A stretch of DNA of 64,000 nucleotides from Candidatus Saliniplasma sp. GTDB taxonomy: Archaea > Thermoplasmatota > Thermoplasmata > Halarchaeoplasmatales > Halarchaeoplasmataceae. The notes under the pieces are model-generated. The model had not been told where the DNA came from, ran no database searches, and worked only from the letters and a program-made list of their open reading frames with translations. Below, in pieces: positions 58,640 to 64,000 of this stretch; the stretch's first letter is position 1, and each line of letters starts with the position of its first letter. The DNA lies in contig JAWOGF010000059.1 in assembly GCA_046497075.1 (NCBI GenBank), positions 3,040 to 67,039 on the forward strand, in the 5' to 3' direction. The position numbers and the translations under genes are program-made.

Positions 58640-59776
58640 TTAAAGGTCCGCCCCGCAACTTCTACATTTATCCGCATCGGGGTCATTCAACTCCTCACAG
58701 ATAGGACATATAAGTTTTTTCTCATCCGTTTCTTCCATTTCATCGCTTTCAAATTCATCCTCTTCTTCGCTGTCCTGTTCTTCCTCCTCAATTTCTTCTG
58801 GTTCCTCTTCCTCAGTTTCTTCTAGTTCTTCCTCCTCAGTTTCTTCTAGTTCTTCCTCCTCAGTTTCTTCTAGTTCCTCTTCCTCGGTTTCTTCTAGTTC
58901 CTCCTCCTCTGATTCCTCCTCCCATTCTTCCTCGGTTTCTTCTAGTTCCTCCTCCTCTTCTTTAATCTTCTCATCGGATCTTGGCATAACAGAATCTGTG
59001 ATAGTGACACTCTTCCCAGCTTCCAAGTCACCTGAATATTCTACACTACCTTCGACCTTGACGCCCTCCTCTAACCTAACATTACCTAGGACTGAAAGAT
59101 CACAAACTTGAGAATTTCTAGCGATATTTACATCTCCATCGCTTTCTATGTCTCCAGTAGAAACCTCTTCGGAGAGGCTTATATCCCTACCTGTTATCAT
59201 CCCTCCTATCTTGGACGATTTACCTATATTGATATTTCCGGTTTTAGAATCGATATCACCTTCCACTGTTGTATTTTTTCCGATCTCTATATCCCCCTCA
59301 GCTTCGATAGACCCATGGATCTTGACCGAGTCCTCAAATGATAAATTACCTTTCGATTTTATATCACCATTTATTACGGTATTGGACTTGAAGAACAAGT
59401 CTTCCCCTGACTCTACAGCAGGTTCCTCAAGGGCTCCGCTATATCCTTCCATTTCTTCCATCAATCTTTTATTTTCCTCGTCTAACTCCTGTACCTCTTT
59501 TCTGAGCTCTTCATTTTCTTCTTCGAGTTCAGCTAACAATGTTCTTTCCTCTTCACTAAAATGACCTAGATCTCCACTTTCGTCGAGTTTATAAAGTAAT
59601 TCTTGTATCCGCTGCTCCTTTTCTTCGATAGTCTCTCTTTTTTCATGGAGGAGTTTTCTTTTCTCTTTCTCTAATGAGTCTACTTGTTTGGTAAGTCTTT
59701 TTAACTCATTCTTTAGTTTAACTACCCTTTTTTTGTATTCTTCCATGCGCTTCCTTATCTGGTTTTTGCTGACCAT
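58640..59776 (-). CDS. Coiled-coil plus bactofilin-like beta-helix repeat protein with acidic repeats and a C-terminal zinc ribbon
   Basis: The N-terminal roughly 120 aa are heptad-rich (KLKNELKRLTKQVDSLEKEKRKL...). The central G-x-I/V repeat region (GDIKSKGNLSFEDSVKIHGSIEAEGDIEIGKNTTVEGDID...) resembles a bactofilin/DUF583 beta-helix. An EELEETEE tract repeated 5 times follows. The C-terminus has CPICEELNDPDADKCRSCGADL. Confidence 0.55.
   Translation of the reverse strand: MVSKNQIRKRMEEYKKRVVKLKNELKRLTKQVDSLEKEKRKLLHEKRETIEEKEQRIQELLYKLDESGDLGHFSEEERTLLAELEEENEELRKEVQELDEENKRLMEEMEGYSGALEEPAVESGEDLFFKSNTVINGDIKSKGNLSFEDSVKIHGSIEAEGDIEIGKNTTVEGDIDSKTGNINIGKSSKIGGMITGRDISLSEEVSTGDIESDGDVNIARNSQVCDLSVLGNVRLEEGVKVEGSVEYSGDLEAGKSVTITDSVMPRSDEKIKEEEEELEETEEEWEEESEEEELEETEEEELEETEEEELEETEEEELEETEEEEPEEIEEEEQDSEEEDEFESDEMEETDEKKLICPICEELNDPDADKCRSCGADL
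58795..58950. repeat. In-frame 24-nt tandem repeat (about 5 copies) encoding EELEETEE
   Basis: The unit ttcttctagttcttcctcctcagt is directly visible in the sequence. Confidence 0.8.
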
Positions 59777-59814
59777 GATTACCCCTCATCTGTAAAATAA
59801 AAAAAGGACGGAGA

Positions 59815-60480
59815 TTATTTATCGTTTTCTATTTCAGATTCTATACCCCAACCCTTTCTCTCCATATTTTTGACCACCCCATCGACCCTTTCAACCTCTA
59901 TCACCGCTAGGCAGTCACCTTTTTTAGATAATCTTATCAGATTCTTAGCGATGATGTCTTCTCTATGTTCTTCCAGTTTTTGAAACCCTTTGAGTTTATT
60001 GATAGCTTTATCCCATTCTTTTACAAAATCTCTAGGATCATCATTAGGGAAGGTCTTCTTTTTTAATCTTTTTTCTCTTATCGATTGTAATATCCATTGA
60101 GTCCCTGTCACATGATCACAATAAGCCATTGTATAATGTTCTTCATCCATATCGAGAGCGAACAATTTTATATCATTATCCTGACAGTATTTAAGGAAGG
60201 CTACGAAAGATGGTGGAGGAAGGCTCACTTCGCCGAATTCACTGAGTTTTTCTGCGTAGATCTTTTCAGGTCTATTCGGTTCGATGGATATATCGAGTTC
60301 CTTATCTATCATATCCCTGAGTCCTTTAAGTTCTTTTTCAGATATAGCCAATGCGCCTACGTCGAAACCTACGCTTTTCAGTTGGGACACGGTCCGGTCC
60401 ACCTCGGGATTTAGACCTTTAACAACATCTATGATGTAAACATAAGTACCGCCCTTTCTTAAAACGAACAAATCAATCAC
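59815..60480 (-). CDS. Hypothetical protein, possibly TraB/GumN-family-like
   Basis: GTYVYIIDVVKG...DVGALAISE weakly resembles the TraB N-terminal pattern. The assignment is tentative. Confidence 0.3.
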   Translation of the reverse strand: MIDLFVLRKGGTYVYIIDVVKGLNPEVDRTVSQLKSVGFDVGALAISEKELKGLRDMIDKELDISIEPNRPEKIYAEKLSEFGEVSLPPPSFVAFLKYCQDNDIKLFALDMDEEHYTMAYCDHVTGTQWILQSIREKRLKKKTFPNDDPRDFVKEWDKAINKLKGFQKLEEHREDIIAKNLIRLSKKGDCLAVIEVERVDGVVKNMERKGWGIESEIENDK

Positions 60481-61420
60481 CCTTTCTTTCCCTGAGAAGA
60501 TCCGTGATATCTTGTTTAGAATTTATCGAACTGAGTTCGGAAATATCGATTATGGGTATGCCTTCTAGATTCACTCTAGTAACCCGTTTTTTAAGAAATA
60601 TCACTGAATCTCGCTCCGTTATATGTGAGATATCTGAAACAATCTTAGCTTTCTTTTTGATCTCAGGATTTTCTTCAGATCCAACACCCGTTAAAAGTAC
60701 ATCCTTTTCATCCTCGGTGATTGCTTCAAAGGGACATTTCCAGGTAGGAACTATACGATATCCGATAGAGGTAAGATATTCAAAGATGTCTTTATCGAAC
60801 CCACTCATATCTTCAGGGAACTCCTTTGTATATTCACTTTCATCCGACCTATCTAGAGGGTTTAGAGGCAATATGAGATCCTCACCGAGGAATTCTTGAA
60901 GTTTTAAGGCCACTTCTAGATCGGCACCCATCCCTTTCTCATATTTCTGTATAGCTTTCCGGGAAACGCCTCCGATATCCGCTAACCTGCTCAAAGAAAC
61001 ATTCCTATCCTTTCTAGCTTTTTTTATGAGATCTGAATCTATCTTAACATAGAAGCCGCCAGGTGCCGAAAAAACATAGGGTGGAACCCCTTCGATGAAC
61101 ATATCATAAAGCGTATCTAAAGAGAGAAGAGGAACCCCCTGTCTAGAATAGATTACCCCTCTTTCCAAAGATCTATTACCGCCTTTCTCCGCGACGAATA
61201 AAGGAGACCCCTCTAAAACATCGCTCAATATCTTGATCTCCTTGGCATTACGTATCCTAGAACTGTCAGCATTAAGGGATACACCTATTATCAAGAGTTC
61301 ATCGTCCTTACGAGCTATGATATCAAAACTGATGTTTCTATCAAAATGCCTTTCAGAAAGGTAGAATCCAGCCTTTGCCAATATATCTCTGACATTTTCG
61401 ATCAACTGGAGTCGTTTCAT
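60473..61420 (-). CDS. Predicted transcriptional regulator with C-terminal XRE-type HTH (archaeal COG1395-like)
   Basis: The HTH is NVSLSRLADIGGVSRKAIQKYEKG. The N-terminal domain resembles the conserved archaeal regulator family. Confidence 0.5.
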   Translation of the reverse strand: MKRLQLIENVRDILAKAGFYLSERHFDRNISFDIIARKDDELLIIGVSLNADSSRIRNAKEIKILSDVLEGSPLFVAEKGGNRSLERGVIYSRQGVPLLSLDTLYDMFIEGVPPYVFSAPGGFYVKIDSDLIKKARKDRNVSLSRLADIGGVSRKAIQKYEKGMGADLEVALKLQEFLGEDLILPLNPLDRSDESEYTKEFPEDMSGFDKDIFEYLTSIGYRIVPTWKCPFEAITEDEKDVLLTGVGSEENPEIKKKAKIVSDISHITERDSVIFLKKRVTRVNLEGIPIIDISELSSINSKQDITDLLRERKGD

Positions 61421-61529
61421 GGGTATTTAAATTAGCTTGATGTTTTATATAAATATGTTGGTCTAAACTGTTTATGGCAGGTGTGTAAAGAACGAAACCG
61501 ATAAAAAGTACTTCTAATGTAATAGAACT

Positions 61530-62243
61530 ATGACTGAAATACTATATATGCCGGATATCGAGAGCAATTATATCAAAGAATTCGAAGCGACCGTTCGAAC
61601 CGCAGGTAGCAGTCACGTCGTCCTAGACAGAACAGCCTTCTATCCTAAAGGGGGAGGGCAGCCTTCCGATACTGGTACACTAAATTGGGATGAGGGTAAG
61701 TCTGAAGTTATCAAGATCGAGAAAAAAGGAAAGATCATACATCGACTGGAAGGAAATGTCCCCAAAGAAGGGATGACTGTTGAAGGGAAAATAGATTGGG
61801 AGAGGAGATACGAACATATGAAACTACATACTGCTCAACACCTATTTTCTGCTGTGGTTTATGAGCTGTTTAAAGGTGAAACGGCGGGTAACCAGATATA
61901 TACTGATTACTCTAGAGTCGACTTTGAACCCGTTGACCTATCTGAGCGAGACCTAGACAGGATCGAGGAGGAGGTGAACTCCTTGATAGAAGACGCACAT
62001 CCTGTATCGATTTACAGCGAAAAAAGAGATGTGTTGGAGGAAAAGATAGAAGAGTGTAGAGTGAATTTTTCACTTCTCCCTAATTCTATAAAAGAATTAA
62101 GAGTCATCGACATAAACGGATACGATGTATGTCCATGTGCAGGTACCCACGTTCGAAACACACAGGAAATAGGAGGCATCGGGATCACTGGAAAAGAAAA
62201 CAAGGGCAAAGAAAAACAAAGGATATACTATGAACTTATCTGA
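61530..62243 (+). CDS. alaX: Alanyl-tRNA editing protein AlaX-M (AlaRS editing-domain homolog)
   Basis: The zinc-binding motifs are HTAQHLFSAV (HxxxH) and CPCAGTHV (CxxxH). An N-terminal beta-barrel is present. The length is 237 aa. Confidence 0.7.
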   Translation: MTEILYMPDIESNYIKEFEATVRTAGSSHVVLDRTAFYPKGGGQPSDTGTLNWDEGKSEVIKIEKKGKIIHRLEGNVPKEGMTVEGKIDWERRYEHMKLHTAQHLFSAVVYELFKGETAGNQIYTDYSRVDFEPVDLSERDLDRIEEEVNSLIEDAHPVSIYSEKRDVLEEKIEECRVNFSLLPNSIKELRVIDINGYDVCPCAGTHVRNTQEIGGIGITGKENKGKEKQRIYYELI

Positions 62244-62244
62244 T

Positions 62245-62925
62245 TCAATCAAAGAGAAGTTCCCAGTATATCGTTGAGGCGGTCCAACTCTCTTCATTTA
62301 CAACCTTCTCGTCGAGTTCTGATAGCTTTTCAGCTAGGCTTAAGGGGAGGCACTGGTATATACCATAAGGTATCAGTAATTCTTCATGAAACCTCACTTC
62401 TTTAACTCCTTCTATATCTTGAAATTTATTTTTCAAAAAAGTGTTGGAAAACATCCTGCTATTTTGGGGTAAAATCCACTGGTATAAGAGCCTTAAACTC
62501 ATCGGATGCAGCGATTCGAAAACGAATTTTTCTCTCGTGACTCTTCTAACCTCCTTCACAAAATCATCGATGTGTTGTGGTTTTAAAAGATGGAGGAATC
62601 TCATACTGATCGTGGTATCGAAACTTTTGTCTGCAAAAGGCAGACTCAATGCATCACCTACAAGATAATCTGCCCTACCTTCAGTAAGCATCTCACTGCT
62701 AGCATCTAGACCAACAACATCAGCTCCATTTTCCACCAACATCTCAGCGAACCTACCTGTACCCGTAGCAATATCCAGTATCCTTTTTCCATCGGGCTCA
62801 AGAAGAGAAAGAACTATCTCCTTTTCCTTAAAATCTAGCACTAATCCTCCCCTCTTGAATCTTTTTTGATCATATTTGTTAGCGACTTCTTTTTTCTGAT
62901 ACCAACTGCTACTTTTATTAAGCAT
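62245..62925 (-). CDS. Class I SAM-dependent methyltransferase
   Basis: Motif I is ILDIATGTGRFAEML. The post-I segment is VVGLDASSEML. Confidence 0.75.
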   Translation of the reverse strand: MLNKSSSWYQKKEVANKYDQKRFKRGGLVLDFKEKEIVLSLLEPDGKRILDIATGTGRFAEMLVENGADVVGLDASSEMLTEGRADYLVGDALSLPFADKSFDTTISMRFLHLLKPQHIDDFVKEVRRVTREKFVFESLHPMSLRLLYQWILPQNSRMFSNTFLKNKFQDIEGVKEVRFHEELLIPYGIYQCLPLSLAEKLSELDEKVVNEESWTASTIYWELLFD

Positions 62926-62973
62926 TCGAAAGGTATATTGCCTACGACTTTTTTATATGATTCGGTAGCACAT

Positions 62974-63825
62974 ATGGCGGAAAGTACGGAGAAGAAAAGA
63001 GAATATTTGAAAAAACTGGCTGACAAGATTGAGGAAAGCCAGCTTGAAAGCCCCTTTTTTAGAAAGATCGAAGGTCAAAATCATACTCATTTTGGTAGCG
63101 TGATTAAAGAGATAAAGGATGCAGAAGAGAATACACATCTTGTAAAGATCAGGCCTCCTCTTTTCCTGTTGAGCGGTATATTGAGCAATATCTCCCGTAA
63201 ACTATCTGGAATGGAAAACCTGAAGATATTAGATAACAAACGCTGGAAAAACAGAGAGGTTGACCAACTAAATAATCTTCATCCTGATCTATTTTCACAA
63301 GAAACCGAATATGAGAACGCTTTTTTGGTAGAGAAAATCCAAGGTGAAGTAGCTTTTGAGGTCTTGACCTCGAAGGATATATCGAATGAAGATAAGATAG
63401 AACTAATAATAAAAATGATCAAAGGCTTGAAAAGTATCCATCATAAGGACCTTTATCATGGAGAACCGACAACTCAAAACTGTATACTAGGTGATGACGG
63501 AGATATATACTGGATAGACTTTGAGATCGAGTATCACGATGACCTGAGCGACCTAGAAAAAGAGGCGAGAGACCTTGAACAGTTGACCATGTCTATATTG
63601 GGTGTTTTTGAAGATGAAGGGGAGATAGGTATGGATGATAAAGAACTCATAGAGATGATATTCGAATTATATGGGAACAATGAAGTGATATTTACCTTTT
63701 CTAACAATCCCAGTCTACCGTTGTTCGGCCCTCATCGAGTGTTTCAACTTTCTTTCGTATCTGTTAGAAGATTTTATCAGGTCCAGATCAATCTCATAGA
63801 TTATCTTAGGGAGTATTCGAATTGA
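62974..63825 (+). CDS. Bud32/RIO-like atypical protein kinase homolog with non-canonical catalytic motifs
   Basis: LYHGEPTTQNCIL aligns with Bud32 HGDLTTSN. IYWIDFEIEYH aligns with LIDFGL. DLSDLEKEARDLEQL aligns with the Bud32 C-terminal EDKAVDLYVLE. The start is taken at the internal Met (MAESTEKK), to avoid an overlap with the methyltransferase gene. The track start is 62866. Confidence 0.45.
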   Translation: MAESTEKKREYLKKLADKIEESQLESPFFRKIEGQNHTHFGSVIKEIKDAEENTHLVKIRPPLFLLSGILSNISRKLSGMENLKILDNKRWKNREVDQLNNLHPDLFSQETEYENAFLVEKIQGEVAFEVLTSKDISNEDKIELIIKMIKGLKSIHHKDLYHGEPTTQNCILGDDGDIYWIDFEIEYHDDLSDLEKEARDLEQLTMSILGVFEDEGEIGMDDKELIEMIFELYGNNEVIFTFSNNPSLPLFGPHRVFQLSFVSVRRFYQVQINLIDYLREYSN

Positions 63826-63827
63826 TA

Positions 63828-64000
63828 ATGGAAAATATTTCACAGAACAGATCAGAGCTCTTCATAGAAATATCTCATGCGTTCCTAACGTTAGTGCCTG
63901 CCTTGACTGCGGCAGTTATCATCTTGATGCTCGGCTCTCAAGTTTATCTAGCCGTATCCGCTGTATTACTGAACTATTATTTCGCTCTGGGTGTAGGATG
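63828..64000 (+). CDS. Membrane protein (5' fragment; runs off the window end)
   Basis: MENISQNRSELFIEISHAFLTLVPALTAAVIILMLGSQVYLAVSAVLL. The hydrophobic helices are truncated by the window. Confidence 0.3.
   Translation, partial: MENISQNRSELFIEISHAFLTLVPALTAAVIILMLGSQVYLAVSAVLLNYYFALGVG

Noticed and set aside
58616-58640. Expectation of an ORB-type replication origin immediately upstream of orc1/cdc6
   Set aside because: Only 24 bp separate orc1 from the upstream gene. I found no repeated ORB-like elements or AT-rich DUE adjacent to the gene.

Overview
The window reads as a co-linear chromosomal core segment from an archaeon. Archaeal marker genes are present: aIF5B, L21e with RpoF and DUF655, SMC with ScpA, ABCE1, class I LysRS, NAC, Orc1/Cdc6, RPA, Kae1 and Pus10. 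The sequence is AT-rich and the encoded proteins are strongly acidic (D/E-rich), which suggests a halophilic, possibly DPANN- or nanohaloarchaeon-like lineage. That assignment is inference only.

Genes are densely packed on both strands. I count about 65 protein-coding genes, three tRNA genes and one RNase P RNA. The tRNAs are Ile-GAU, Ala-CGC with the G3:U70 identity pair, and Tyr-GUA with an intron of about 51 nt and a C1:G72 pair. The RNase P RNA lies on the minus strand in a GC-rich island and carries the GGAAAGUCC motif with a P1 closing helix.

I found no transposase, no integrase, no cas genes and no CRISPR array.

Sequence-level oddities:
- An array of six ~59-bp tandem repeats, each carrying two palindromes, sits next to tRNA-Ala. 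That tRNA is flanked by duplicated fragments of itself.
- Orc1/Cdc6 appears to sit in a tight three-gene operon, flanked by a coiled-coil, bactofilin-like, zinc-ribbon protein and a membrane-anchored protein.
- A 924-aa multi-pass membrane protein carries a bacterial PH-like domain and a poly-lysine tract encoded by a 30-nt DNA repeat.
- A family-4 uracil-DNA glycosylase lacks any canonical start codon for its conserved Fe-S cysteines. It lies in frame with the upstream OsmC gene, separated by a single TGA.
- Kae1 is not fused to Bud32. A Bud32-like kinase with HGE and DFE motifs lies about 11 kb away.
- A Rab/Ras-like small GTPase sits next to an orphan REC-PAS response regulator.

All functional assignments come from reading the translated motifs by eye. 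No database searches were run.
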